A stretch of DNA of 63,345 nucleotides, counting the filler, from Reclinomonas americana ATCC 50394 (lineage: Eukaryota): assembly GCA_048213135.1 (NCBI GenBank). It is 19 parts of 19 records of this genome, joined end to end, with 100 filler letters (N's around TTAATTAATTAA, not from the genome) between each part and the next. Parts side by side here need not be neighbours in the genome. Positions count along the whole stretch, not along the records: positions 11,213 to 13,723 come from AFZH01019352.1; positions 13,824 to 18,837 come from AFZH01019353.1; positions 18,938 to 20,854 come from AFZH01019355.1; positions 20,955 to 24,033 come from AFZH01019356.1; positions 24,134 to 29,165 come from AFZH01019357.1; positions 29,266 to 31,326 come from AFZH01019358.1; 13 more parts are not named here. The stretch is one strand, 5' to 3'. Shown here piece after piece: positions 13,401 through 30,091 of the stretch (position 1 is the stretch's first letter; the number at the start of each line of letters is the position of its first letter). Position numbers and translations under genes: made by a program. The notes under the pieces are model-generated. The model was not told where the DNA came from and searched no databases. It was given only the letters and a program-made list of their open reading frames with translations.

Positions 13401-13723
13401 TTCATCTTGATGCGCGTCAGCCTATTTGTACCCTTCCCCTCGTGCATCACCATGCAACAAGAAAGACAAGGAGAGAGAAGCACGGCGAATAAGAGAAACT
13501 GAGGGCTAACTGAGCGAGGAAGGGAGCTGAGACCAAAGAGGAGGCAAAAGTAGAACCGGAAACGTAGCACATGAATCAGACTTCTTTCCCCCCTTCTCTC
13601 TCTCCCTCTCCCTGTCCATCTTCTACATTGCATTTCCTGTCGTTCTGACCCCTCCTCCTCCCCGTTCTCCTCCCCCTTCTCCTCCCCCTTCTCCTCCCCC
13701 TTCTCCCCTTTCACAGACCACGT
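10421..13723 (+). CDS. Armadillo-repeat protein with low-complexity N-terminus (3' partial)
   Basis: Tandem ARM repeats: AAGLLPVLASLLGDRFDIVRHSAARAVQN, ENQNFMRESGAIDRLVAMMSDRNVELRRAATGALFNV, GNRQRVQELGGLPVLVEML. Runs across the gap at 11113 and into the gap at 13724. Confidence 0.7.
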
Positions 13724-13823
13724 NNNNNNNNNNNNNNNNNNNNNNNNNNNNNNNNNNNNNNNNNNNNTTAATTAATTAANNNNNNNNNNNNNNNNNNNNN
13801 NNNNNNNNNNNNNNNNNNNNNNN

Positions 13824-16800
13824 ATCGTCGCCATCATCGTCGCCATCGGTGACTGGACCGTCGAGCAAACTTTCCGTGCCGTGCTCAATCATGCTGCCGA
13901 ACTCGTCCTCGACGGCAGATGCTCCTCGGCCCGAGATGGGCTGCAGGAGTGCGGCACGCGGATCCGAGTAGCTGTGAGTCCTGCGGTTATCTGTCGGTGA
14001 CGCAGATGACGGTGCCAGTGTCTGTCGGCTGCCCGGTACCGCCGACACGGAGCCGCTGGTGACGGTGGCCGTCTGCAAAGCACGATCAGTATCAGGCAGT
14101 TGCAGCGAAAGAGCGCGCGCCAGCAGCCGTGGACTCACGGTGACCACAAGAGGAGGGGCGGTCTCGCGCGGACGGTAGGGCGGAACAACGGCTGATGACG
14201 ACGGAGCTTTGCCTGCAAGCAACGAGGTCACGGTACTGCGGAGAGTCACACCCGCAGTGTGCCACACATAACCGCTCACCTCGACCAGACGGCATGGATC
14301 GGCGGAGGGCGTCAGCTGCTGCCGCTGCATTCACGTCGTCGTCTGCGGAACAAACATTGATTAGTGACTCTCCTGCGCAGAAGCATTCGTGACAAAAGAG
14401 ACGCACTTGAGTGGGCACGTCGAGATGCTGCGGAGGCGAGATGCACGTGTGAGTCTACGCACACAAGGGGGCATTGACAACGCTACAGCATTCAGACACT
14501 GACCTCCCGCACTGTGGTGCTCCGGCATTGCACTGCGCACCGCGGACACGGCGGCCACACGTGCATCGGGATCTGCGATTCACGTCAGTCGACACACATG
14601 ACTTGACATTTGGGCATATGCACAGCACAAACCGACACGCTGAGGCATTGCGTGGCGCACGGCGGCCACGGCAGCAGTTCGGGATTCCACATCTACAAAT
14701 GGCAACACTCAGTCAAATGTCACCTTTCTGGCAACACATCTGTGTGCCCAACACCAACCTATCGCCTGCGGCGGTGGTCGCGATCGCTGGGGCATGGCAC
14801 TGCGCACGGCGGCTACCGCTGCTGCGGCTGACGCTGGCGGTTCCTCTGCAGGTACAACTCAGTCGGTCAACTCCACAAAAGTCGCCAGAGAGAATGAAAC
14901 GTGACAAACCCGGACGAGGCGGAGGTGGTGTGAATGCGCCATTGCCGTGCGGGTGCGAGTGTCTTTGCGGCATGGAGCGCCGGAGGGCGGCCACGGCCTC
15001 TGTCGCGTTGGGAGGTGCAGCTAGACGACGACAGAGTGAGGCTTCGTGGACGAAGGGGGAGAGAGGAGAGAGGAAGTGTGCGCTATACCTTGCGCGACCG
15101 GCGGAGTGCCACCGGGAATTGCGTCGCGAATGGCTACAGCCGCCGAGTGCGCTCCCATCGCCCCTGCTCGGCAACACATGATGAGAGTGAGAGATATTAC
15201 TATTGCCTTCTGGCTGCATCCGACACGGACCTCGCAGTGGTGAGGAGGCGTGGCGCATCGGCGACGAGTGACGCTCCGGCACAGCCGACGACGAAACCAG
15301 CGGTGGCGGGGGTGACGGTGACGGTGGAGCCAGCGAACGAGCAGCCACCGGTGCATGCTGTGGCATGGCTCGACGAATGGCAGCTGCAGCTTCGTGCGCG
15401 GCGTGCGGATCTGGACACTTGCCGTCAGCATCACGCGTGGGACGTGCAAGCATCGATGAACAAACCAACTGGCGGCTCGCGCGTCGGCGACGCCCGTCGA
15501 ATCATGGCCGCCGCCTCTCGCACCGTATGAGGATCTGCGATCGCGTGCACTGACAAGTGAGCCATTCACGTGTCGACACGCACTACCTGTGCAGGTGGGA
15601 CAAACAAACCCGGATGTCCATCGTCGTCGTGGTGGTCGTCGTCGTGATGATTCTGCTGGTGAACCTCGTGCGAGTAGTGCGCGTCTGTAACGAGTGCGAT
15701 CAGTGGTATGAGTGACGCGGGGGATGCAACGGGCGATGAGGACGCACCGATGGGGTCACTGTGATCAGAGTGCGATTGATGATGATGATGATGATGATGG
15801 TGATGATCGTCGTCGTCGTCAAATTGCGGCTCATGGTGGTGATGGTGATAGCGATGAGCGGGCATGGCGGCACGCAGAGCATCGGCGGCTGCATGAGGAT
15901 CTGCACGTGTCGGCTGTCGCTGCTGCTGTTGCTGTTGCTGCTGCTGGTGAAGCTTGTTGATGGTGACTTCCGGCTCGTGGTGGCGAGCCGGCATGGCCTT
16001 GCGAAGAGCGTCCAGGGCGCCACGAGCATCTGTGAGGTCACGGTTTCAGTACGAAGGGCAACATGTTGGGGGAGAATCAAAAATGACAACGTCGCAACCT
16101 GCTGGGCTTGTTGGCTGCGCTCAGCACACCGAGAGAGTGAGAGAAAGCAGATGACAAGTGAGAAGCAGGGGCGCACAAACCTCGCGCTCCTGTGATCGCG
16201 TCGGCCGGTGACGTGCCGACGGCCACTGCTCAGCATGCTGCGCCAGAGCCAGCTCTTCTTGCTCCTCGGCATGCGCCTGCTGCAAATCAGCCTGCACGAG
16301 CGCCGTCGGGGATCAGGGAGAAGCAACGACAATCTCGAATTGTCATGGACGAATACGCAACTGCCGCCCGCCGCTCCGCCTCCATGTCTTCCGTGGCCTT
16401 TTCGTACAGCTGCGCCATGTATGCATCGCGCTGCGACATGATCGACTCCATTTCCTCCTTCAGTTCGCTGTACGCCACCATGCCACTGCGCGACGACAAA
16501 AACCATCAGTGCACACCCGATCAGACGGCACACGCGACACCACACACCTCTCGATTTCGGCCTCCAGTCGCTTCGTAAAGGTCGTGGCGGCGTCAAGTCG
16601 CTCTTCCATGTCGGCCTTGATGGTTGTCAGATTGTCGATTTGCTGCATGCACGCAAACACATACAGATTCAGCCCCAGCGCATCAACTAACGCAAATGAA
16701 TCAAGCGCACCTTGTTCAGCTCGTCAATCGTCTGATCCTTGCGCTGACTGGCCTCGTCGAGTACGCTACGCAGCTGCGACATGACGCGCTCCAGTGTCTG

Positions 16801-19757
16801 GTTCTTGGCCAGCATCAGACGGTGACCGTGTGTCGTGGTGACGGCCTCGTATTGCGAGGGTCCGGCGGTGGCATCCAGCTGCTCCAGCTGCGTCAACAGG
16901 AAGGACGACTGCACACGCACAAAAAGAAAATCTAATGTGAGCAGGCATAGCACGAGCACGGAGGCTGCACGAGTAACACACACCTCACGCTCCAAATCGC
17001 CGACCACACGCTGCTGCTCGGGAGCCAACAAATCAAATGCCGAATGACCGGCCGCCGACGCCACAATACTTGGGTGCACCGCCAACACTTCGAGAATGCC
17101 ACGTTGGCACTCCAGCAGCCGCTCACGCACAGCGTCTCGATACGCCGCCTGGTCACGCTCCTCAAGCGCCTCTTGCAGCAACGACTGCGGCACGCCACGG
17201 ATGAGATACGGTGACGAGCGGAATGGCAACTGAGCACCGTGAGGATCACCTTCAGCACATGGAAGCGCTCCTCGTCGACCACCACCGACTCGTTGCGATC
17301 CTTGATGCGCTCTCGCGTCACCGATCGGTACTCGTCCTGCAACCCAGCACGTGAATGAGTGAGTGAGACGTGATGACTGTTCTTCTTCTTCTTCTCTCTC
17401 CACACCTTGGCCCGCTTCAGCGACATTTCTGACATGTGCAGACGAACTTGCAAGGCCGCCAACTCCTGCGTGGCCTTGCGCTCGATTTCGGCGATGCGAA
17501 CACGACTGCGTGTTCGCAGGCCCTCCAGCTCTTGCCGCAGGCTCATCTTCACCTGCGACGACAACACATGAGTGGCGATCGCGGGACAAGGAAGAAGAGC
17601 GCCACCCCAGCACCCACCTCTGTGGACTCTTGCAACTGCGCACGATAGGTCGTGTCGAGCTCCTGAATGTAGTGGCGACTGGAGCTCACTCGCGACATGA
17701 GCAGTGAATTGTCTGCCACCAGTCGCCAGAAAGCCTGATGCAGCTCGTCGGCCAGCACTGCGCGCACATGTTAAACAACGGACCGCCACTCACACATGCT
17801 GAGTGGGAAAAGACCGACAAACCAGTGACTGCGGCCACTGTCGGCACCGACCACTCTCCACTCGAATTGGCGCTGCTCGGCGGATCCGAACTCTCCAGGT
17901 TCCGCTGCGCTTGCTGCATTGTGGTGCGCAGGCGCTCTGTCAGCTCCATCACGTACGTGTTGGCCGAGTCGGTCTCGCTGACGGTCGACGTCTCGGTCAA
18001 CTGCATCGACGGCAGCCAAATGTCTGCTCGACAGAATGGTGAGACGAGAAGGACTATAAGAAGAAGAAGCAGGAAGATGAGACAAGCGTCGCAACTTCCA
18101 TTCATGCTCTGCGTGGCTCCTGCCTGAGCAGTCTCGGTGGCCTGCAATCACACACAGACATGATCAATGAGAAACACGTACTGAAAAGGAGGGAGGAGAA
18201 TAGCGGGTGCGAACAAACCCGGGCATTGAAGACGTCGAGCACGAGCACCCGCTCACGCAGATAATCGTTGAGGCGGCGCAAGCGGTCCAACTCTCCTTCG
18301 GCACGCTCCAGCCGCTGTTGCAAGTTGAAGTCGGCCACCGTGGCCGTGGCAATTGCTGCAGCAAGATTGAGAAAACACCACCGATGCTGCTCGTTGAAAG
18401 CAAACACCAGCATACCTCCAGCACCACCAGAGCCGCCGGTGTTGCTGCTGCTTCCGACGGCACTTCCGCCGCCAGTCACAGTGCTGCTGACAACATCCGC
18501 TCGACGCAGAGCCTCGATTTCGGCGAGGAGGCGCGAGTTGTCGAGGCTGCAGCAAGGTCAGAAAAGTAGTTGCACAACTACAAGAGAATGAGGGAAGGGA
18601 GTAATATGCCACACCGAAGTCGCTGCAGTTGGAGAGAGGTGGAGTGCACCAACTCTCGCTTCTCCTGCTCTTGTCGCTGAAGACGAATGAGCAGGATGCG
18701 CTCGGTGCGCGTCAGGCCTTCCTCGCCGGCCGCGGAAGTCGCCGCCGCAAAGGAGCCAGCTGTTGGGGGAATGTAAGGGGAAGAGGAAGAGGGAAGGGGA
18801 AGGGGGAAGGGGAAAAGCGAAGGGAAAGGGGGAAGGGNNNNNNNNNNNNNNNNNNNNNNNNNNNNNNNNNNNNNNNNNNNNTTAATTAATTAANNNNNNN
18901 NNNNNNNNNNNNNNNNNNNNNNNNNNNNNNNNNNNNNGAGAGAGAGAGAGAGAGGCGGACGAGGGAGAACAATTCACGAACAATTCTCAAACGCATGCTT
19001 GGACTCTTGCAGGCGTCGCTCGAACCGCAGGCTGGCATACTCGCGCTCCTGCTCCGAGTGTACCAGCTGCCGCTGCAGGCTACACAAAACGGAGAGAGAT
19101 ATGTGAGAGACAAATAATGGCGCTGACATTCCTCGCAAATAAACGACCAACCTCTCCAATTCGAAGCGCATCTGCGTCAGCAGCAGCTCTCCTCGCTCGC
19201 GCGCCTGCGGTGTTTGCCAAGAGAGCACCACATCTGCGACAACGCAACGAGATGAGTGTGCAAGAAAATCGATTTTTTCGCCACGGGGGAGTCTCACCGC
19301 TGGTCTCGAGGGTGCTGCCCTTGAACGGCACCGTCATTGGCGGCGGCACACTTCGGCGCAAATTGTGCACGGCAGTGAGGTCGGAGGTGGAGCGCTCCGA
19401 CAACAAGTCAGCGTCCGTCATCTGGTCGTCGGTGGCGTCGGGCGAGCGATGCGCAGACGCGGGTGCGTGCGCCGGTGCAGCTGCACTCGCAGTGTCAGTT
19501 ACAAACACAGGAGAAGTGAAAGAAAGAGGGGCTGCGCACCAACGGCATGTGGCGGTGGCGGCGCTGCTTGCGGGTGGTGGGCAGGAGGAAGCGCAGAGGA
19601 AATGGAATGCACCAGCTGCTGCTGTTGCTGCAGCTGCTGCTGCGCCTGAGGAGGATGTTGCTGCGGGTAGTACTGCTGTTGCTGGTGTTGCTGGTGGTAC
19701 TGTTGTTGCTGGTGGTGCAGTTGCTGCTGCTGTTGTTGTTGTTGCTGCTGCTGTTGT

Positions 19758-19795
<38 letters not shown>

Positions 19796-20954
19796 CAGTT
19801 GCTGTTGACGCGATACACCGCCGACAGCCGTCACTGTGTTCGACACCTGCGTCTGCGAGTGGCGACGGCGACGCGGTGACACGGATGACGAGTGGCGGCT
19901 GGGCGACGAGGATGAGCGCGGCGAGGTGTCACGCTGCGACCTCGGCGAGACGCTGTCGGGCGTGACAGATCCCTGCTGCGGAATCGCCTGCAGCGGAGGC
20001 GGAGGTGGGCGCTGCAGGGCCGCTGGCGGCAGAGGGCCACCATTGGCCAGACCACTGCCACTGCCGCTGCCGCTGCTGTTCACATAGTCCTTGTAGGAGG
20101 CGCGCGTTGAAGCCTCCGGTCCGAGAGACTCGAGATACTGATACTTGACGAGAAGCGGCGGCCAGTGAGATCGGGTGCGGAGGGGGAAGGGAATGAGACA
20201 CAAAAGCAGCGCACCATGCTCTGCAAGTCATTCTGCTGGTGCTGATCCGCAACCAGGAGAGCAGGGGGTGGCGCGGCGGCGGAGGGGTCGACCGAGAGGG
20301 CGCTGTGGAGGAGAAGAAAAGCGTGTGAGAAGAACGGAATGGGAAGCGTGCGTGTCACCGCGATGGCGATGCACGCACCCTCCTCGTTGAAGGCTCTCCA
20401 CCGAGGCAGTGCTTTGCAAGAACACAGCCACTTTCGGGTCGATGGGGTGCGCAAAGTCGACAGACAGACCGTGGTTGAGGGAGAGGTTGTACAGGAAGTA
20501 GAGCACGACCATGATCATGTAGCACGGCTTGAAGCGACCGGCTTGCAGGCCTTTCTTGTCAAAGAGCTGTGCACGCGCTGACGGGTCAGGGAAAAGGGGA
20601 GGGGAGGAGAAGGCGGAGAGATTAAAAAATGAGCAAACCTGTGCCGGGAGGCCGGCTTCCTCAATGACGGCTTTGAGTACGTTCCAGTTTTGCGTCAAGT
20701 CGGTGTCGAAGCGAACAGTGGACTGGCGGGGGGGAAGGGAAGGGTGAGGGGGAAAGGAGGGGAAGGGGAAAGGGGGAGGGGAAGGAGAGAGAAGAGGACG
20801 GGGACGAGAGAGAGAGAGAGATGCAGGAAGGAAGACAGACACACACCGGCGACTNNNNNNNNNNNNNNNNNNNNNNNNNNNNNNNNNNNNNNNNNNNNTT
20901 AATTAATTAANNNNNNNNNNNNNNNNNNNNNNNNNNNNNNNNNNNNNNNNNNNN

Positions 20955-21002
<48 letters not shown>

Positions 21003-22102
21003 GCAAGTAAGGCAAGGCACCCAAAGGCGTTCTGCAGACGATGCAAACGACAATGGCGCCAAAGAAGCGAGCGAGCAAGAGGAGGAAGCACAGGCGCTTT
21101 GTCGACAAAAGGGAGAGCGATACAAGAGCGATCGATAACAACAAAAAAACCAAAAAAAAACAGTGAGTCAGTCGATGAACAAACCTTCCACAAGCGCGCA
21201 TACTTTGCGAAAATGCGCGGCCACACTTTCCCGCACACTCGCAACAGCACAACGCCATCGCGCAAATCCTACATGCACGAAAATCGAAAAAAATAAATGG
21301 GGGAAATCAGACGCGAATCATGCACACAAATGCGCGGAAAATAAACAAGAGCGAGAGAGGAAGAGGAAGAGGAGAGCGCGCATGCACACAAAAACAGTGC
21401 TTGATTTCTCCGCGCAAACACAAAAGTCGACTCTCTCTCTCTCTCTCAACACACACACACACACAAACGCACACTTTAAAGTGCAAGTGCTGACTTTATG
21501 TGTGCAAATGTGTGTGCAAAAGTGTGCGACAGTGTGCGTGTGCATTTGTGTGTGCATTTGAGTGCGTTTGTGTGCATTACTGTGTGCACTCTCACGTGCA
21601 CACACACACGCACACACACAATCTCCTCTCTCTCTCTCACACACACACACGCACACACACACACACACACACAAAGTCGACACACTTGAACGCCTCCTTA
21701 TACATGACAAAAGTCACATTCCCCCCTTTCTCTCTCTCCTCTCTTTCTCACACACACTCCTCTCTCCTCCCTCCCACTCACCTCCCATCGCGTGCACTTT
21801 CGCCCACTCAACAACGAGCCAAACTGCAACAGCTGACTCTTGCCAATCGGACCTCCTCCTCCTCCCACTCCTCCTCCTCCTCCAGTGACAGGCGGAGAAG
21901 GCGGTGCCTGTTGCTCACTGCTGCTGCTGCTGCTCACAGGTGGACCCGCGGGTGCACTGGGAGGGACCGCGGTCCACTGTGACACTGGTGCAGGCGGAGA
22001 AGGCGGCGTTTGTTGCTGCTGTTGTTGTTGGAGAGGTGAAGGTGTGGCGAGTGGCAGAGGCGCGTGGAGAGGCGCCGAGGCCGCAGAGGGCAACGCGGCC
22101 AT
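13824..22102 (-). CDS. Calponin-homology (EB1-like CH) domain + polyQ + long coiled coil + repeat-bearing disordered tail (3' partial)
   Basis: Spliced N-terminus IGKSQLLQFGSLLSGRKCTRWE|DLRDGVVLLRVCGKVWP...QNWNVLKAVIEEAGL...FDKKGLQAGRFKPCYMIMVVLYFL is CH-like. PolyQ at ~19610-19806. Heptad-rich exons at 16200-19200 (LQQRLERAEGELDRLRRLNDYLRER). Crosses two gaps. Confidence 0.65.
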
Positions 22103-22566
22103 GGTGCGTGCTTGGGCCCAATTGAAGTAAATGTGGTGGAGTGCCGATCAATGGAAAATGATACCGGAGGCTAGGCCAGGCCCGCATATGTGAAAGGCGG
22201 CAAACAAAGAGCTCTGCTGTCGCTGCTTGTGCACATGCAATGTAGAGCGCGCAGCATGCAAAGCGTGAGTGTGGAAGCATGAATTCGAACAGTTTTTTCC
22301 TTTTCTTTACTTGGCTTCATTTTTTCGCGCTGGTCATGCACGTCTGCCACGCTATCTCTTCTTCCACTCAGTTCCCCACTTACCGCTTCGTTTCCCATCC
22401 CGATTGAAGCAAAGTGCCATGGAGCGCCGATCAACGGAAGCCCATACCACACATCGCGCGCGCAAGAGAGATGGTGGTGAGCATTCCGCACGCTGCATTC
22501 ACACACACGCACGCTGCAGTCACACGCACAGCACGCACTCTCATTCCGTTGTCGCGTGTCGTCGAC

Positions 22567-23710
22567 ATGGCGCACTCAATCACTCACACTTCTCTCTGTG
22601 TTGTGCAGGATGAACAGAGACGCCTGCTCGATGAGCTCATGGGCAAGGTACGCACACACACACGCTCTCTCACACACAAAACGCGATCTCGCTCACACCA
22701 GCATGCATGCATGTTTGTCTGTGTGACGTCAGAATCGCAATGGCGACACTGTGGAGGTGCCAGTGACGCACTTTAGCGACGACCGCATCTGCAAGAACGA
22801 CCTGTGCGGCCTCTGCCCATACACACTCTTCCCGTTGCGTCAAAACAAGCACACACTTTTGTGTGTGTGTCAAACTCATTCTTTTAATGATAGCAACACG
22901 AAACTTGACCTTGGACCGTGCCCGTTTGAGTTGTGCCCGGCGCCCGACGAGTGGAAGGACGCATACGCGGAGGATCGAAAGCGCGGCGGGCGAAATTACG
23001 GGTACGAGCGCGATTTGGAGAACCTGCTCGATCGCCTCATTCGCGACGCCGACGATCGCATCAATCGCACCAAGAGGCGATTGGAGGCGCAGAAGCAGGC
23101 CGCACAACAGGAGGTCTGTTTACTCAACAAAGGAACACTCTCCATGCGTCTCTCTCACACTCATCTCTCCACAGCACCCGGAACTCACGGAGCTGCAAAT
23201 GCAAATCAGCGACAAGCTGCAGGAGGCGAACGCCAAGGGCGAGGAGGGCGAGGTTGACGCTGCGCAAGCGCTGCTGGCGGAGGTGGAGGCGTTGAAGGCC
23301 AAGAAGGCCGAGTTGCAGGCGAAGCTGCCGAATTTCGAGGGCAAGGAGCAGCAAATGATTGTGTGCGACAAGTGCGGTGCGCAGCTGTCGGTGCTCGACA
23401 GCGAGGAGCGGCTGCGTGATCATTTCACGGGCAAGGTGCACATTGGCTACGACAGGATTCGCACCAAGTATGAGGAGCTCGTCAAGGCGCGTCTCGGTGG
23501 TGGCAGTGGCAGTGGCGGTCTGCCGCCACCACCACCTCCGCCCGCCGGCATCTCGTCGTCGGCAGTCGGTGGCTCCTACGCCGCGCCACGAAGTGATTCG
23601 CGCGATCGCGACCGTGATCGTGATCGTGATAGGGATCGCGATTTTGCGAGGGATCGTGATCGTAGTCGCCGGGATCGTGAGAGGGAGCATGAGGATTATG
23701 ATTATGATAG
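22567..23710 (+). CDS. LUC7: Luc7-family U1 snRNP protein (3' end lost in gap)
   Basis: M|DEQRRLLDELMGK, zinc finger 1 ICKNDLCGLCPYTLFP|NTKLDLGPC, zinc finger 2 VCDKCGAQLSVLDSEERLRDHFTGKVHIGY, and an RD-rich tail. Confidence 0.93.
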
Positions 23711-23822
23711 GTGAGGGAAGGGGGAAGGGCGGGAGGGGAAGGGATGGGGAGGGGGAGAGGGATGGGGAGAGGGAGGAGTGAGTACATTGCCAGTCATTGC
23801 TGGGAAAGAAGGGAGTGCATGC

Positions 23823-23923
<101 letters not shown>

Positions 23924-24133
23924 GTAGACGTACGTACGTACGTACGTACGTACGTACGGTACGGTAACGGTAACGTACGGTACGTACGGTACGTACGTAC
24001 GGTACGTACGTACGTACGTACGTACGTACGTACNNNNNNNNNNNNNNNNNNNNNNNNNNNNNNNNNNNNNNNNNNNNTTAATTAATTAANNNNNNNNNNN
24101 NNNNNNNNNNNNNNNNNNNNNNNNNNNNNNNNN

Positions 24134-24176
<43 letters not shown>

Positions 24177-24996
24177 TCATACGGCTCTGCATGACGACTT
24201 CCTCACTGAAGTGGTGGGACCTGATGAATCCTTTCTGCGTTCGGTCAGACTCCTTGACCATTCTGCTGCTACTCCCTGCTGGCTTCGCATTCTGCTGTAT
24301 AATTAGTGTTAAGCCTTTTTGATGTGTGTCTCGAGAACAGTCAGAGAGTGGAAGAGTCTCATACAGCTGGTGAATCTGCATGTCGTCTTCCTCTCTGAAG
24401 TGGATAGAGCTGAGGAATCGTTGCTGCATTCTGTCAGACTCCTTGTCCATTATGTTGCTTCTCCTTTTCTTGGCATGCATGCTGCTGAGAGGCAGTGCCT
24501 CGTCCTTCTCTGGTGTGTCCTTCCACTGTACCTCGGGGAGAGGCTGGAAGAGTCTTTTGCTGGTCTGTCGCTGCTGCTCCGAAGTGTGAGAAGAGTCCTT
24601 TCATTCGCCTTCACCTGTTGTGCTTCTGCTGGAGAGTCAGTGCTGTTCAGTTGTGTACCTCGGCTCTTTTGCATTCTCGCCTTTCCTTTCCCTGTTGTGA
24701 GCTGTCATGTCAACCTTCTCTTGGTTTATCATCCTGACTCCACTGTTTCCCCCTTCGCAGCCGTCGCCGTCGCAGCAGCCGTGAAGACGATCGGTGAGTG
24801 CGCCTTCGTACCGCAGTGCTCACACTCGCCACTGACACCAATAACACAGCTCCGGCAGCAGCAGCAGCAGTCGCCGTTACCGCGATGACGACGACTACTA
24901 CCGCCGACGATGACGATAAGAGCAAACACGCACACACGCGCGTGCACGCACAGCGGCAACGAGGTGAGCAACATAAAGACTCGGATTCTTTCACTT

Positions 24997-25681
24997 CTAC
25001 TTGTCCTTGTCGCTCTCCACCTTGCTGGCCGCACTCCGACGTCGCTGCCGACGTCGGTAGGCCACCACCAGTGCCAATCCGAGAGTAAACGTCCATCGAA
25101 TGGCCACACTGAGCGCAAAGCCAGCGACGCCGCACACGGCGGCCAGACACAGCACACCAATGAGCGGGTACACCCATGAAGAGGAGACAGAGCGGCCACT
25201 GGGGTTCACAAAGGCCTGGAACAGCTCCGGGAACTGCGCATTCATCTGCAGGGAAGAGAAGGAGAGAGAGTGAGAGAGGGAGAGGGTGACAGTGTGTGTG
25301 TATGTGTGTGTGTGCAAGCCTCTTGTCTCTGGCGTACCTCTCAGTCTCTCTCTCTCTCTCTCTCGCTGTGAGTGTGCAAGAGAGAGAGAGAGAAGTGTGT
25401 GTGTGTGTGTGTGTGTGCCAGTGTGTGACTGTTTCCGAGAATGCAACTTGCGAGAGAATCCACGTAATGAGCATGCAAGAGAGCACGAGTGTCACATTGC
25501 GCGCGCTCTTCTCCCAGTACTCAAAGGTGTCTTCCGGTCGCACATTGTCGACAACAGCAGCTGCAGTGGAGGCATCACTGCTGTTGTTGCTGCTCTCTGT
25601 GTGTGTGAGAGAGAGAGGCTGTGAGGCAGAGAGACAGTGAGAGAGAGAGAGAGAGCACAGACCTCGCCTTGCTTTGCCCAT
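24997..25681 (-). CDS. Small multi-pass membrane protein of unknown function (3 exons)
   Basis: MGKARR|ESSNNSS...NVTLVLSCMLITWILSQVAFSET|MNAQFPELF...WVYPLIGVLCLAAVCGVAGFALSVAIRWTFTLGLALVVAYRRRQ. Two to three hydrophobic segments and in-frame GT-AG introns. Alternative in-frame ATG at 25726. Confidence 0.55.
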
Positions 25682-25724
25682 CGATGTAAAGACTGCGAAG
25701 GACAACAAAACAACAGGACTTAAC

Positions 25725-29772
<4,048 letters not shown>

Positions 29773-30091
29773 TACTCTCGCCACACCCTTGTCGTTGTTG
29801 CTGATGCGCTCTTCCCCCCATGATAGAGAAATCCCGGGCGCCGACACCCGAAGAGTCCGAGAGGTGGCGTGCCGCTGTAAAACGCTCACAACGCGAGAGG
29901 CAGCTCCGCGAACACGACCGCCACTTGCAGGATGTTGTGTGGATGTTGCGTCGCCATCACCGCACGCACACTCTCTTCCGTCACAGAGGTGCGGATGCAT
30001 GCTCACCGTCTTTTTTTCCGTGCAGGAACAAGTAGCGCAAAATGATTCCGCCGATAATGGCATCATGCTTCTTCGATTATCACATAAATGT

